Of a stretch of 64,000 nt of DNA, positions 1-12,454 are shown piece by piece. The notes under the pieces were generated by a model. The model was not told the DNA's origin. It searched no databases and saw only the letters and a list, made by a program, of their open reading frames with translations. Made by a program: the position numbers and the translations under genes. Position 1 is the first letter of the stretch; every line of letters starts with the position of its first letter. The DNA is from Candidatus Sericytochromatia bacterium (GTDB taxonomy: Bacteria; Cyanobacteriota; Sericytochromatia; S15B-MN24; VGJW01), in the NCBI GenBank assembly GCA_035285865.1, contig JAYKHS010000003.1, positions 96,001-160,000 on the forward strand. The letters are read 5' to 3'.

Positions 1-25
1 GCCGAAGGCGTCCGCACCTTGCCGT

Positions 26-957
26 TCACGCTGAAGCTTTGATCGCGGTGGCCCCGGCCGCAGCCGCGACCACCACCGACAGGGCAGCCAACTGCAACCA
101 GAGCAGGAAGGCGACCACGCCGCTCAAGCTCCCGTAGACAGCGTTCAGACTCGAAAACTCCAGCAAGTACCATTGCAGGCCTGCCGAGAGCGGTACCCAG
201 AGCCCCAGCGTGATGAGCGCCGTCACCATGGCATCCCGCCAGGGAATCGTTCGATGCGGCAGATAGCGGAACAGCAGGACAAGGCCCAGGACCATCGCGA
301 GGAAGGGCAAGGTAGCCGGCAACTGATCCCAGGCCCGCGCAACCTGCTGGAGCCAACCGTCCGTCGCTATGCCCATGTTCCGCAGTCGCGCGGCCGGGGC
401 GAGCTGCGCCATGCGCCGGGGCAGGTCGGACAGCCCCAATCGCAGCAGCACCTCCGAGAGAGCGAGGGCGAGCGTAGCCGCCGCGAACACCAGCGCACGA
501 AGCTCTCCCGTCACGACGGCCCAAGGACCCGTCGGCCGCTGGAAACCGTGCACCGCGTCCAGTGCGGTCTGCAAGGACGAGAAAAGGCCACGCCCCGACC
601 AGATCAGCAGAGATACGGCGAAAAATCCCAAGGCTCCCCTCGCCTCAACCACCTCTCCGATGGTATCCGCCAGGAACGAGCGCTGTGACGGCATGAGGCC
701 GGCTGAAGCACGTGCAACCAGATCCCTGGCCTCAGCCGGATCGAGCAGGTGTCCGGCCATGGCCAGCAACCCGAGCACCAGAGGAAAGACGGCAAGCGCC
801 GCATAGAAGGCGATGGCGGCCGCCAGCATGCCCCCCCGGACGGCACCATAGCGATCGGAGACCCGATCGCCCCAGTGCCACAGGCGGGCAGCCAAGTTAC
901 GGAGGGCGAGCCACACTTGCCCCAAGGTCCGATCGACTCCTGCCCGTTCCTCCGGCC

Positions 958-982
<25 letters not shown>
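26..982 (-). CDS. YihY/virulence factor BrkB family inner-membrane protein
   Basis: [14 protein letters not shown] near the N-terminus and [16 protein letters not shown] near the C-terminus, about 6 TM segments. The true start is probably somewhat downstream of 982, because this ORF overlaps the glnS stop. Confidence 0.85.
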
Positions 983-2658
<1,676 letters not shown>

Positions 2659-2675
2659 CTTGGCACTCCCCCCGG

Positions 2676-3254
2676 CTAGGGCTGACCATCCGGGCGCGTG
2701 GCCGGAAGCAGTTCGAGGATGGTGCCGCAGGCCACGCGCGGGCCTGCATTGCCCGCCGGGTCGGACTTTTCGTCATCCGGATCGGCGTGAATGACGAGCG
2801 AGGTCCCGTCCGAATCGAGGAGCGTACGGTCTCCGTCCAGGAGCGTCACGCCACGCACCATCACGACGACGCTGCCCGTGCCCCCGGGCCCGATCTCGAG
2901 ATTGGGCAGATCGCCCACGTGGGCACCCTTCGGGTTCTTGTGTCCGTGCTCGCGGGCATCAGGGTTGTGGTGGCCGCCGGCCGAGAGGAAGTCGGGCGGC
3001 AGGCACCGGCCGACACGGTGCAGGTGTAAGCCATGCAGCCCCGGCTTCAGGCCCGAGACCTCGATGCGAATCTCGACGCCGGCACCCAGCTCGCGCAGAA
3101 CGGCACGACCAATCTCGCGATTGTCAGGAGAACGCAACGGCGCCTCGGCGATCGCCTTGACATCGTTGCATCCCGCGAGCGCGAGCACGACACCCACGCC
3201 AGCGGCCAGACTCAACCCAGTTCGCGCCATCGGCCACCTCCCGGAAGGACTCAT
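2676..3254 (-). CDS. sodC: Cu/Zn superoxide dismutase, lipoprotein
   Basis: [28 protein letters not shown] and [10 protein letters not shown]; lipobox LAGC. Start is ATG 3254 (overlapping the MMPL stop) or ATG 3230. Confidence 0.93.
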   Translation of the reverse strand: MSPSGRWPMARTGLSLAAGVGVVLALAGCNDVKAIAEAPLRSPDNREIGRAVLRELGAGVEIRIEVSGLKPGLHGLHLHRVGRCLPPDFLSAGGHHNPDAREHGHKNPKGAHVGDLPNLEIGPGGTGSVVVMVRGVTLLDGDRTLLDSDGTSLVIHADPDDEKSDPAGNAGPRVACGTILELLPATRPDGQP

Positions 3255-5515
3255 CGTAGCACGGGGCGTCCGCCCGGCCACCAGTTCCAGCGCCCCGCCA
3301 GCCTCATGAAGGCCGGCATGAGGAGGACCCGGATCAGCGTGGCATCGAGCAGGACCGCAACGGCCAACCCGAGACCGATCATCTTGACGATGGCCACCTC
3401 GGCCCACGCAAAGCACCCGAAAACCACCACCATGATGGCGGCAGCACTGGTGATCAGCCCACCGGTGGCCGAAAGCCCCTCGGCCACGGCACGGGCATTG
3501 TTGCCATGCTCCACGAAAGCCTCGCGGATGCGGCTGAGCAGGAACACCTCATAGTCCATGGAGAGCCCGAACGTGATGCAGAAGATGATGATGGGGATGG
3601 TCCGGGGTATGGCCTGAAGTGGTTCCGCCATGCCGATCAGGCCAAGGCCCACGCCCTTCTGGAAGACCGCGACCAGCACACCGTAAGCGGCCCCGACGGC
3701 GAGCAGGTTCATGACAACGGCCTTGAGGGGGACCAGGACGGACCGGAAGGCCACGCCGAGCACCACGAGCGTCACGCCAAGGACGAGGACGAGCGCCCTT
3801 CGGAAAGCCACGCCCATATGCGTGTCGAAGTCGTTGTAGTACTGAGGCTCTCCGCCCACGCTGACATTGAAGGACGGCCCCGGTGACACAGCCGCCAGCT
3901 CCGTGCTGAGCGCCTGCGCCCCCTCGAGGCTGAGCGCCTGCTCGGGGATCAACTGGAACAGGATCGCTTTGCCGTCCTCGCTCACGAAGGCTTCGCGGAC
4001 TTCAGGCATGCGTGCCAATGCACCTTCGGGGTTACGGTAGAGGACCATGGTCTCCGTAAGGCCAAGACCTTTGCGCAGCGTCATCGGCGAGAGCACGTCC
4101 GCGACTCCGTCCCGGGCCACGAGCTTGCGCGCGTAGGCATGCAGGGCGGGCAGATGCCCGACCCAGAGCGCCGGCTTGCCATCCGTGGCCTCGACGACGA
4201 TCTGAATGGGCAGCATCGCGTTTCTCGGCCCCATGCCCTCCAGCAGGTCGATGCCTTGGCGACTCTCCATCGCCTCGGGCAACCAGCGGGTGCTGCCGAA
4301 GCCCAGCTTCAGCCCGGACAGTGGCCAGATGAGCGCTGCAAGCACCGTGAGGGCCAGCAGCAACGTCCGCCAGGGCCTGTCCAGGATCAGCCGCGTCAGG
4401 GTGTACCACGCGCGACGGACGGAGGCCCTGCCTTCGGCCGGCACCAGCCGGCGCGGCCAGTCGATCCGGTTCCCCAGGAACGCCAGCAGGACCGGCACCA
4501 GCGTCAACGTGGCGACTGCGGAGACGATGACGACGAGCATGCCGCCTACGGCAATGCTGCGCAGTTCGACCATGGGGGAGAACCACAGGCCACCCAAAGC
4601 CACCACGACAGCCACGGCCGAGACGAGGATGGCCGGCCCCGTGCGGGCCATCGTCCAGATTGCTGCCTCGTCCGGCTCCCGGGTCTCGATGGCCTCCCGG
4701 AAGCGGCTGACCATCAGGAGACTGTAATCGATGCCCACGGCGAGCCCCATCATCGTGACGATGTTCTGCAGCATCGACGAGAGCGTCATGAATTGAGCGG
4801 CAATCCACGCAAGGCCGAGGGCCAGGGACGTGCCGACCAGGGCGATGGCCAAGGGTATGCCGGTCGCGGCGAGCGACCCGAAGGCCACCAGCAGGATGGC
4901 CGCCGTGAGCGGCAGGGCCCTTACTTCGCCGACCTCGGCATCCCGTGCACTGTGATGATCGATGTCATGCAGCATGGTTGCTCTGCCCGTCAGGACCAAC
5001 CGGCTTCCCGGCACCGCCCGGGCCAGACGCTCGGCCAAAGGCTTCAGGGCGGTGCGGACCTGAGGGATCAGTTCTTGCTCCGCCTTGCTGTCCTTGACCC
5101 GGAAGCCCACCATCCAGAGCGTGGTGCGACGGTCGGGCGAGAGGAATCGGGCATCCTTGCGATCCTGCCATCCCGTAACTCGCCAGACACCTTGCACACC
5201 TCCGAGTACGTCGGGAACCTCACGCATGATGGCAGCCACTGCCGGATCGTCGACATCACGGCCCGGCGCGTGCATCACAACCAGGCCGTGACGCGCGTAG
5301 GGAGAGGCGAAGCGATCGCGCAGCAGGTTCTCCACGGCCTCGGACCCGCTTCCAGGTATGGCGATGGACCCCTGGAAAAGCGCGCCCGGGAGGCGCAAGG
5401 CACCGAACGCCCCGAGCAGGATGGCCAGCAGCCACGCTCCCAGCACCCAGCGGCGACGCGCCAGGAGTCCCTGCCCGACACGCCCGGCCAAGGGCTGCAA
5501 CGAGGATTCGAGCAT
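3251..5515 (-). CDS. MMPL family RND-type transporter
   Basis: Two repeats with GLAVGIDYSLLMVSRFRE and FGLSMDYEVFLLSRIRE; ends with WNWWP. Confidence 0.93.
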   Translation of the reverse strand: MLESSLQPLAGRVGQGLLARRRWVLGAWLLAILLGAFGALRLPGALFQGSIAIPGSGSEAVENLLRDRFASPYARHGLVVMHAPGRDVDDPAVAAIMREVPDVLGGVQGVWRVTGWQDRKDARFLSPDRRTTLWMVGFRVKDSKAEQELIPQVRTALKPLAERLARAVPGSRLVLTGRATMLHDIDHHSARDAEVGEVRALPLTAAILLVAFGSLAATGIPLAIALVGTSLALGLAWIAAQFMTLSSMLQNIVTMMGLAVGIDYSLLMVSRFREAIETREPDEAAIWTMARTGPAILVSAVAVVVALGGLWFSPMVELRSIAVGGMLVVIVSAVATLTLVPVLLAFLGNRIDWPRRLVPAEGRASVRRAWYTLTRLILDRPWRTLLLALTVLAALIWPLSGLKLGFGSTRWLPEAMESRQGIDLLEGMGPRNAMLPIQIVVEATDGKPALWVGHLPALHAYARKLVARDGVADVLSPMTLRKGLGLTETMVLYRNPEGALARMPEVREAFVSEDGKAILFQLIPEQALSLEGAQALSTELAAVSPGPSFNVSVGGEPQYYNDFDTHMGVAFRRALVLVLGVTLVVLGVAFRSVLVPLKAVVMNLLAVGAAYGVLVAVFQKGVGLGLIGMAEPLQAIPRTIPIIIFCITFGLSMDYEVFLLSRIREAFVEHGNNARAVAEGLSATGGLITSAAAIMVVVFGCFAWAEVAIVKMIGLGLAVAVLLDATLIRVLLMPAFMRLAGRWNWWPGGRPVLR

Positions 5516-5558
5516 AAGGCCCTCCGACTACGTGCGGCCCATGATAACGGCAGGAGGT

Positions 5559-6320
5559 TCAGGGGCGGAAATGATCCGCCGGAAGGTCCCCGTCCACGGT
5601 CCCCTCGAGGACATCGAGGCGATAGACCCCCTGATCCCCTTCGTACATCTCCCGGACACGCGGCATGCCGTCGGCGTCGTCCAGCCAGAAGATCTGATGG
5701 GTGATGCCCCGCGGACTGCCGGGTCCGTCCAACCAGAGCATGGTGACGGGCCGCTGCTGCCAGCGGCCCGGGGGCAGCAAACCCAGGCGACATTCAGGGC
5801 GCGACAACTGCTCGAACACCCTCGTGATGGCCAGCGTCCGGTTGTCGTCACCCCGCAGGTCCATCAAGCGCGGATCATCCTGAGGCAGCACGATGGACAG
5901 GGGAAAGCCGAAGAACTTCGTCCGGACGTGGACGTCGCGTTCCCCGAACCAGACGATACGCGTCCCTTCGGCGCTGCGGGGGCGGTCGGCCGACAGGATG
6001 GTGTAAGCCGTCCGATCCGGTTTCTCGAGTGCCAGATCCAGCACCATGCGCGCGGTCTCGGTGCCCTTGCGCACCTTGACCTCGACCTTGCCGCGAAAGC
6101 GTCTGGCATTGGCCGCCATGTCGAGGAAGCGTCGGACCACCGGATGCTTGCGCGCCGAAGCCACGGGCGCCGGTTCCAGCACGGCAGGGGGCAGCGGGGC
6201 CGCAGCCCGCGCAGGCAACGCTACCGCCAGTTGGGGCAGGCAGCCCAGGAACACCGCAAAGTATGGGAACCGCACGGCTAGCGCAGGTAGACCGGGTTCG
6301 TCAGGGCAGTCATCGACCAC
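5559..6320 (-). CDS. exported LolA-like (lipoprotein carrier fold) protein
   Basis: Signal-like N-terminus; LEKPDRTAY, IFWLDDADGMPRVREMY and a C-terminal LPADHF pattern typical of LolA-like proteins. Start uncertain (GTG near 6275). Confidence 0.55.
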   Translation of the reverse strand: MVDDCPDEPGLPALAVRFPYFAVFLGCLPQLAVALPARAAAPLPPAVLEPAPVASARKHPVVRRFLDMAANARRFRGKVEVKVRKGTETARMVLDLALEKPDRTAYTILSADRPRSAEGTRIVWFGERDVHVRTKFFGFPLSIVLPQDDPRLMDLRGDDNRTLAITRVFEQLSRPECRLGLLPPGRWQQRPVTMLWLDGPGSPRGITHQIFWLDDADGMPRVREMYEGDQGVYRLDVLEGTVDGDLPADHFRP

Positions 6321-7465
6321 CAGCGATCCGGGTGCTTGCGAAGCTCGACCCGCAGGAAGCCCTCGTCAGCCGCCCGAGCCGCAACATCGATGAGGACCTC
6401 GGCGTTCGCCTGGTCAAGGCGGCGCCGCGTCAGGACACCGCGCTTGCTGATGAGCAGGGCCGTAAGGCCCTTGCCGCCCTGAACCCGGATTCGGACCTTC
6501 AGGCGCGCAAGGCGTCCGGACAGGACGAGGTCTTCGCCTTGCAGGACCTCGTATCGACCATCGCCATCCGCATCCACCTCGAGGACCGGCCGGGCCGCGC
6601 GTGCGGATGCGAGGACCGAGACGTGTCCGCGGCGGATGGCGGCCTGCAACGCCGCAGGTTCGCGCTGCTCGGCCAGGACCATGTTGGTGGGCTTGTCGAT
6701 ATCGTCGTAGAAGTGGCCATGGTTGTCCGTGCCACCGAACGCCGTCAGGCGCTGGCCGCGCGCCAAGGCCTTGTTCCACCAGGCGAGGGCCTCGTTGTTG
6801 TGGATGATGGGACTCACCAGAGCCCACCAGTGGTTCCAGACCTCGACCGCGTGCGCGCGCGGATCGGGATCGGGCTGCAGCCACTGGTTGTTGTTGGTGA
6901 AGGGGTGGTTGATGACGATCGTCGCCTTGCGCTCCGTCGCCTCGGTCAACATCTGATCGAGGCTGAAGTGCGTCTCGATGGGCTGGTCTCCCTCCAGACC
7001 GAGCAGGCAGGCGTGCCCGAGGACGGTCTCTCCCTGCTCGCGCAAGGCCCCCCACTCCATGCCCCGGACCATGACAAGGTCGCCGGGATTCTGGAACTCC
7101 TGGGACAGCGTTCCCTTCATGGTGTTGTGGTCCGTCAGGCTCATCGCATCGAGACCCGCGTTGCGCGCGGCCTGCATCATCGTCGTCAGTGCCTTGCGGC
7201 CGTCGAGGTAGCCGCTGTGGTTGTGGTGGCTCATCAGCAACCACTGACCGGGATGTGCATCGGCCGGGGCCGGCCGGAGTGAGGCCGGAACATCCGCCTG
7301 TCCGTCCATCATCGAGCGGGCGGCCATGTCCATCGGGCCGTCGACGTGCGCATGAGGCGCCAACGAGCGCGGCTGGTCGGAAGGCGCACCACCGCCGCAT
7401 CCGGCCACGAGCATCGCCAGCAGGAAGCGGCGAGCGCGGGTTCGGGGGGAGAGAGTAGGGCGCAT
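6278..7465 (-). CDS. PHP-domain metallohydrolase lipoprotein (CehA/McbA-like)
   Basis: HHNHSGYLDG, LTDHN, GMEW, NHP, EVWN and GGTDNH PHP motifs; lipobox VAGC; AGGGAG RBS. Start 7465 or 7471. Confidence 0.85.
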   Translation of the reverse strand: MRPTLSPRTRARRFLLAMLVAGCGGGAPSDQPRSLAPHAHVDGPMDMAARSMMDGQADVPASLRPAPADAHPGQWLLMSHHNHSGYLDGRKALTTMMQAARNAGLDAMSLTDHNTMKGTLSQEFQNPGDLVMVRGMEWGALREQGETVLGHACLLGLEGDQPIETHFSLDQMLTEATERKATIVINHPFTNNNQWLQPDPDPRAHAVEVWNHWWALVSPIIHNNEALAWWNKALARGQRLTAFGGTDNHGHFYDDIDKPTNMVLAEQREPAALQAAIRRGHVSVLASARAARPVLEVDADGDGRYEVLQGEDLVLSGRLARLKVRIRVQGGKGLTALLISKRGVLTRRRLDQANAEVLIDVAARAADEGFLRVELRKHPDRWWSMTALTNPVYLR

Positions 7466-7487
7466 GTCCATCTCCCTTATCGAAGGG

Positions 7488-8720
7488 TTAAGGTCCGTTC
7501 TTGCGCGGTTGGGACAGGTTTCTCCGAGGCAACAGGCGACCGACGGCACCCGCTTGGCTCAGCAGGACAACCTCGCCCGCCCCATCCTCTGCCAGGGCCG
7601 TGATGCGCCCGGGAGAGCCGGCCATCCAGCCCGTGGCATCCTCGGCCTCGAGGATGCGGTCGCCGGAAGCCGACAGCAGGTGCAGGAAGCCCGAACAGTA
7701 GTCGCTGTACAGGTAGCGTCCTTGCAGCCATGGCAGGGCACCCCCTCTGTAGAGGACTCCGCCCGAGATGCTGCAACCCGTCTCGTGGCCGTACTCCCAG
7801 ACCGGGGGCGTGAAGGAGGGGTCATCGCACGGACGTCTGAAGCCGAGGCAATGCCCGCGCCCCTCCACCCGCGACCAGCCGAAGTCGCGCCCCTTGAGTC
7901 CCCGGAAGGGAACCAGATTGACCTCCTCCCACCGATTCTGGCCCACATCGGCAATCCAGCAGTCGCCGGAGCGTCGATCGAAGACGAACGACCACGGGTT
8001 GCGGAGGCCCGAGGCCACCACGATCGGGCGGGGTGAAGCACCCTCGACCTCCAGCGCGATCAACTTGCCCAGCAGGGAATCGGGGTTGCGTGCCGTGCCG
8101 AGGGGGTCGTAGGCCCCGCCGCCATCCCCCATGCCGACATACAGCCGACCATCTGGCCCGAAGGCCAGATGGCCGCCGTTGTGATTGGGAAAGGGCTGGC
8201 GAACCTGCAGCAACACCCGGACCCGCCGGACCGCAGGGGGATCGCCTTCCGTGGTCGACCAGCCGGCTGGTCGGTCGAGACGCCACTCCGTAATGACGGT
8301 ATGGCCGTCCGTATCCGTCATGTTCGTGAAGAAACGGCCCGTACCCAGGAAGCCCGGATGGAAGGCCAGGCCGAGCAGGCCCTGCTCGCCCCCCGTGCTG
8401 ATGGCCTCCCGGACATCCAGCACGGGGCGGCGCGCCGCTCGTTCCCCGACCCACGCCCGGATCAGGCCGTCCTTGTCGACGATCCAGCCTTGACCGGCCT
8501 GCGCCCCCGAGGGCGCCGCAAAGGCGACGGGTTGCCCCACCCCGCCTGTCCACCACGTGACTTGCGCCCGCGCCAGGACGTCCCGGGCCATCGGTCGCAG
8601 AGGCGGCAGGCTGGCTGCCGCCGAGGCCACCTGATGCGCCTGCGGCAGGGACACCAGAGCAACGAGGAGCCCCCCCGCAAGGACGAAGCGAGCGGCTGTC
8701 GGCCCCATGTCACGCGGCAT
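7488..8720 (-). CDS. PQQ-dependent sugar dehydrogenase (soluble glucose/sorbosone dehydrogenase family)
   Basis: EQGLLGLAFHP, NHNGGHLAFGPDG, GLRNPWSF and DVGQNRWEEVN. Confidence 0.92.
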   Translation of the reverse strand: MPRDMGPTAARFVLAGGLLVALVSLPQAHQVASAAASLPPLRPMARDVLARAQVTWWTGGVGQPVAFAAPSGAQAGQGWIVDKDGLIRAWVGERAARRPVLDVREAISTGGEQGLLGLAFHPGFLGTGRFFTNMTDTDGHTVITEWRLDRPAGWSTTEGDPPAVRRVRVLLQVRQPFPNHNGGHLAFGPDGRLYVGMGDGGGAYDPLGTARNPDSLLGKLIALEVEGASPRPIVVASGLRNPWSFVFDRRSGDCWIADVGQNRWEEVNLVPFRGLKGRDFGWSRVEGRGHCLGFRRPCDDPSFTPPVWEYGHETGCSISGGVLYRGGALPWLQGRYLYSDYCSGFLHLLSASGDRILEAEDATGWMAGSPGRITALAEDGAGEVVLLSQAGAVGRLLPRRNLSQPRKNGP

Positions 8721-9918
8721 GGAGTCCCCCTTGCTGCCGGGTTTTCAGCAGGTGCATCACGAGAAAGGGCAAGGCAGGCAGACTCATCGCCAAGGCGGAA
8801 ACGACAAACATGGTGTCAGGGCGATGTGCCTGCAACCAGGGAAAGAACCACGCCCCGACAATGACCCCCCCCGTGACACAAGCTCCGAGGGCCCCCAGCA
8901 CTCGGCCGCGAAGTCGGCCGGGCGACGCCTGCACGGCGAGAACATGCTGGGCCGGCATCGACCACGCGAAGCCGACTCCCTCGACCACGCAACTGACGAG
9001 GGGCAGGGCAGCCCCGCTCCAGTGGGGATAGGAAGCGACGGCCACGGCCTGCAAGCCCGAACCGGCGGCAAGCGGCAGCACCGGACCGAACCGATCGAGG
9101 CTGCGGCCCACGTGCGCTGCCAGCAGGACCGGGGGCAGCGCGAAAATGGCCCAAGACGCACTGATGAGCCAGCTTGTCGCCCCTCGAGCGAGCATGAAGT
9201 CGGCCCACGTTGCCTCGTACATGCCCACCACCAAGCCGCCGCCAAGCGCCCGGATCCCGAGGAGCGCGAGGACGCCGATCCGCAAAGTGGCTGCGGTATC
9301 CGTGGGCATCGACGGTCCCGCCACGCCTGCGTCCTCCGTCGCGGGCGAAGGGCCGCCCTCGGTCCGTGAGCACGCGATCAGCATGGAGGCCACCGCAAGT
9401 GCGCAAGCGGCCGCGAAGGCCCCCTTCGGACCGAAGGCCAGGAAGGGCATGCCCAGTGCCGGCCCAAGAGCGTAGCCGGCACTCTGCGCACCCGTCAGAC
9501 GTGCGACCCGGCTGCCGCGCGCCGATGGCGGAGCCTGCTCGGCTGCAAGTGCCAGAGCCGCGGTGGTGGCCAGAGCGGCCGCGACACCCTCGAGCGCACG
9601 CAAGGGCACCAGACCCGATAGCCCCCCCACCCCGAAGAGCAGCATGACGGCAACCACGGCATGCAGGACGAGACCGACCAGCAACACCGGACGCCGACCG
9701 ACGCGATCAGCCAGCCAGCCACCAGGAACGTGGGTCAGCAGGCCAGACAACATGGAAGCCGTGACCATCGCGCTGATGGCGACCGTGTCCCCGCCAGCCT
9801 CCCGTGCAACCAGCGGCAGTACGGGCAGGGCGGCATGGACGGCTGCTGCCTGGCCACAGGCCACGAGGTCCAGGCCATCGAGGCCCAGACCCCGCCCGGC
9901 CCGGCGCAAGGAGCGCAA
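8710..9918 (-). CDS. MFS transporter
   Basis: MFS motif A GWLADRVGRR, about 12 TM segments; start approximate. Confidence 0.85.
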   Translation of the reverse strand: MRSLRRAGRGLGLDGLDLVACGQAAAVHAALPVLPLVAREAGGDTVAISAMVTASMLSGLLTHVPGGWLADRVGRRPVLLVGLVLHAVVAVMLLFGVGGLSGLVPLRALEGVAAALATTAALALAAEQAPPSARGSRVARLTGAQSAGYALGPALGMPFLAFGPKGAFAAACALAVASMLIACSRTEGGPSPATEDAGVAGPSMPTDTAATLRIGVLALLGIRALGGGLVVGMYEATWADFMLARGATSWLISASWAIFALPPVLLAAHVGRSLDRFGPVLPLAAGSGLQAVAVASYPHWSGAALPLVSCVVEGVGFAWSMPAQHVLAVQASPGRLRGRVLGALGACVTGGVIVGAWFFPWLQAHRPDTMFVVSALAMSLPALPFLVMHLLKTRQQGGLHAA

Positions 9919-10554
9919 TCAGGGCTGCCGGGGAACGCCGATGGCCGGGTCGGCAGAAGGTGCCGTGGACGGCGCCGCCGAGGGGACGGGCTGAGGTGCC
10001 GGATTGACAGGCTGGCTTGCCGGCGGCTCGGTCCGCACCACCTGCTCTCGGTAGCGTGCCATGAAGCGCTCGTACTCCTGGTCAGGACGCAGGATGATCC
10101 ACTGCCATACCGTTCGGGCATCCAGGATGCCGTTGGCATTGATGTCGAAACTGCGGACCTGCGTATCCATCTCCGCCCGCGTGACCTTCATGTCCTGATC
10201 ACGATCCGCGTGATAGAAAAGGTCACGCATCGTGAGCACGGTGACGCCACCCGAGGCCGAACCATCCCGGCGGAAACGCTCGTCGCGGTGGAAGATGCCC
10301 CGCCAGAAGCCATCCGGCTTTTCTAGTTCGATGACGCCGTTGCGGTTGTGGTCGTAACGCTCGAAAACCTGGTTGAGCAAGGCCTCGATGTAGGTGGGGC
10401 GGAACATCCCCTGCGCCTGCACGTCGGAGGGCGCAGCCACGGGGCCGGCAGGCCGAGCCGCAGGCACGGATGCCGCGGGCGTCTGGCCGCAACCTGCGGC
10501 GCTGGCCACCGTGGCGACGAGGAGGAACGAACGCGAGAAAAGACGCACGGTCAC
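9919..10554 (-). CDS. EF-hand lipoprotein
   Basis: Lipobox AAGC; EF-hand-like loops DHNRNGVIE, DRDQDMKVTRAE and DINANGILD; GTG start chosen. Confidence 0.7.
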   Translation of the reverse strand: MTVRLFSRSFLLVATVASAAGCGQTPAASVPAARPAGPVAAPSDVQAQGMFRPTYIEALLNQVFERYDHNRNGVIELEKPDGFWRGIFHRDERFRRDGSASGGVTVLTMRDLFYHADRDQDMKVTRAEMDTQVRSFDINANGILDARTVWQWIILRPDQEYERFMARYREQVVRTEPPASQPVNPAPQPVPSAAPSTAPSADPAIGVPRQP

Positions 10555-10669
10555 CTTCCGGAAAAGTGTCTCAGGAGCTCGATATGTTCGTGTTGTCGCA
10601 GATGCTTCGGGCGGCCTGAACATCACCCCGGGCATTTTAAACGTTTCTTAAGGCATCCATGAAAATTCG

Positions 10670-12418
10670 TTAGGAATCAGCCCGGTGTACCGGCAGCAGA
10701 TGCAGGGCATCCGCCGTCCCCACCGCCACGAGGCGCGCCTCGTCCACGAACGTGATGGTCCCCGTGACCGCCTCGAGGCGATGAAAAGCCAGCAGACTCC
10801 CGTGCTGCAGGTCGTGGACGCGCACCTCCCCCGAGTCCCAGACGGTCGCAAGCCAGTCCCCGGCACGACCGAACGCCGCGTCGATCGGTAAGCCGCGCCC
10901 ACGCAGACGCCACAGGGGCTCCCCGCCTGATGGTCCATATCCGCGGACCTCCCCGATCTGACCGAGGACCCAGGTCCCGGAGACCGGTTCCACGGCGAGC
11001 CCCAGCCAGTCCGCATCGAAGTCCCCCGACACCGGCGTTCGATCCTGTTCGGGCCGCAACACGCGCAAACAGCCGGGCCCCAGCAGCCACGCCGCCGCGC
11101 CATCCGGGAGCAGACGCCAGGACATCCGCGCAAGTGCCGACACGGGCTGCTGGCGAAACCGCACGGGTAGGCCCTCCTCGTCGAGTGCCATGACCTGCAG
11201 CCAGCCGCTGGCGGCCGCCGCGGCCAGCCAAGGCCGGCCCGGCACGAACTGGACCGCTCGGACAGGGGCCGCCGCAACTTCCCTGCCGTTTCCGACAACC
11301 TTTCCGTCGACCACCCGGACCAGGGCCACCACGCCATCCTCCCGGCCATAAGCCAGTCGGACCGAGCGCGGATCGGCATCGATGGCCGTGATGGGCACTC
11401 CGGCCTCGTCGACGCCCAAGGCCGCCAGAGACCAACCTGCCTCGCGCGAGAGGACCTTGAAGGCACCCTCCCCCGTACCGACGTAGGGCAGATAGGGCTG
11501 CATCCCCCGCTGCAGGGCCGTCACCCCCCCGGATACCGGCAGAGCCCAGGCCTGCGAAGGCCAGGGGCGGGCGGACGGAGGCGCGAGCGCCCACAGCCCG
11601 AGCAAGGTCGGTGCCTCCCAAGCCAGGGCCTCGGCAACCACCTGCGGCTGCTCGCCGACGAATCCGGCCAATGCCCGGGGGCGGGTGGCGGCAAGGATGC
11701 GACAGGCGAGCATCATGTCGCCTGCGGACCGTGCAAGTTCCGCCGGGTCATGCGGTGGGGGGTGAACGCCTGCAGTGCCGGGAAGCCTCACCCGAGCCCG
11801 CTCCCTGAGCGCCCGTGCCCGCTGCTGCAACGGCGTGCGCACGGACCGTTCCGGGACCACGCTGCCTGCGGCATCCGGGTCGGCCACCGCTTCCAGACGG
11901 CGCCCGGCAAGTTCCTCGCCAGCCGGCGCAGCCACGAGGGCCTCGACCAATTCCAGCAGCCGCGGGGGGCAGGCGGTGTCGCGCAACAAAGCCATCGGCG
12001 GCAGCGACCAACCACGGGCCCGATGCCCGAGGATTGCGCACCGCAACAATCTCGGCCACGTGAGCATCCCCAGCAACAAGGGACTGCCCGCAACTTGCAG
12101 GAGGGCAGCGGGCGGCCACATCAACGTCCAGGCAAGGACGCCGGGGACAACAGCCCATACGAGCAGGGCAGAGAGCAACGTGGCCCGCGGCCCCGCCGTC
12201 AGGGCGCCGGTGGCGAAGAGACCGAGGGGGGCCCCCAGCATCCATCCGAGCAACATCCATCCCGGACCGGGCAAGCCTGCCGGCAGAACCATCCAGAGCA
12301 ACAGCAAGGCCACGGGGGAGGATGTCCCCCAGACGGTCAGGGCAGGACGCCACCAGTTTCTCGGCCCCGAGGCCATCCGCGAGACCGCCGCCCGCTCCTG
12401 TTCCCTCCAGGCACGCAT
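10670..12418 (-). CDS. hypothetical membrane protein with C-terminal WD40-like beta-propeller
   Basis: Four N-terminal hydrophobic helices and C-terminal repeats such as LAYGREDGVV and WDSGEVRVHDL. Start trimmed so it does not overlap the divergent radical SAM gene. Confidence 0.55.
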   Translation of the reverse strand: MRAWREQERAAVSRMASGPRNWWRPALTVWGTSSPVALLLLWMVLPAGLPGPGWMLLGWMLGAPLGLFATGALTAGPRATLLSALLVWAVVPGVLAWTLMWPPAALLQVAGSPLLLGMLTWPRLLRCAILGHRARGWSLPPMALLRDTACPPRLLELVEALVAAPAGEELAGRRLEAVADPDAAGSVVPERSVRTPLQQRARALRERARVRLPGTAGVHPPPHDPAELARSAGDMMLACRILAATRPRALAGFVGEQPQVVAEALAWEAPTLLGLWALAPPSARPWPSQAWALPVSGGVTALQRGMQPYLPYVGTGEGAFKVLSREAGWSLAALGVDEAGVPITAIDADPRSVRLAYGREDGVVALVRVVDGKVVGNGREVAAAPVRAVQFVPGRPWLAAAAASGWLQVMALDEEGLPVRFRQQPVSALARMSWRLLPDGAAAWLLGPGCLRVLRPEQDRTPVSGDFDADWLGLAVEPVSGTWVLGQIGEVRGYGPSGGEPLWRLRGRGLPIDAAFGRAGDWLATVWDSGEVRVHDLQHGSLLAFHRLEAVTGTITFVDEARLVAVGTADALHLLPVHRADS

Positions 12419-12454
12419 GGCCGCAGCATGCCATGGTTCGGGTAGGGAGAGGGC

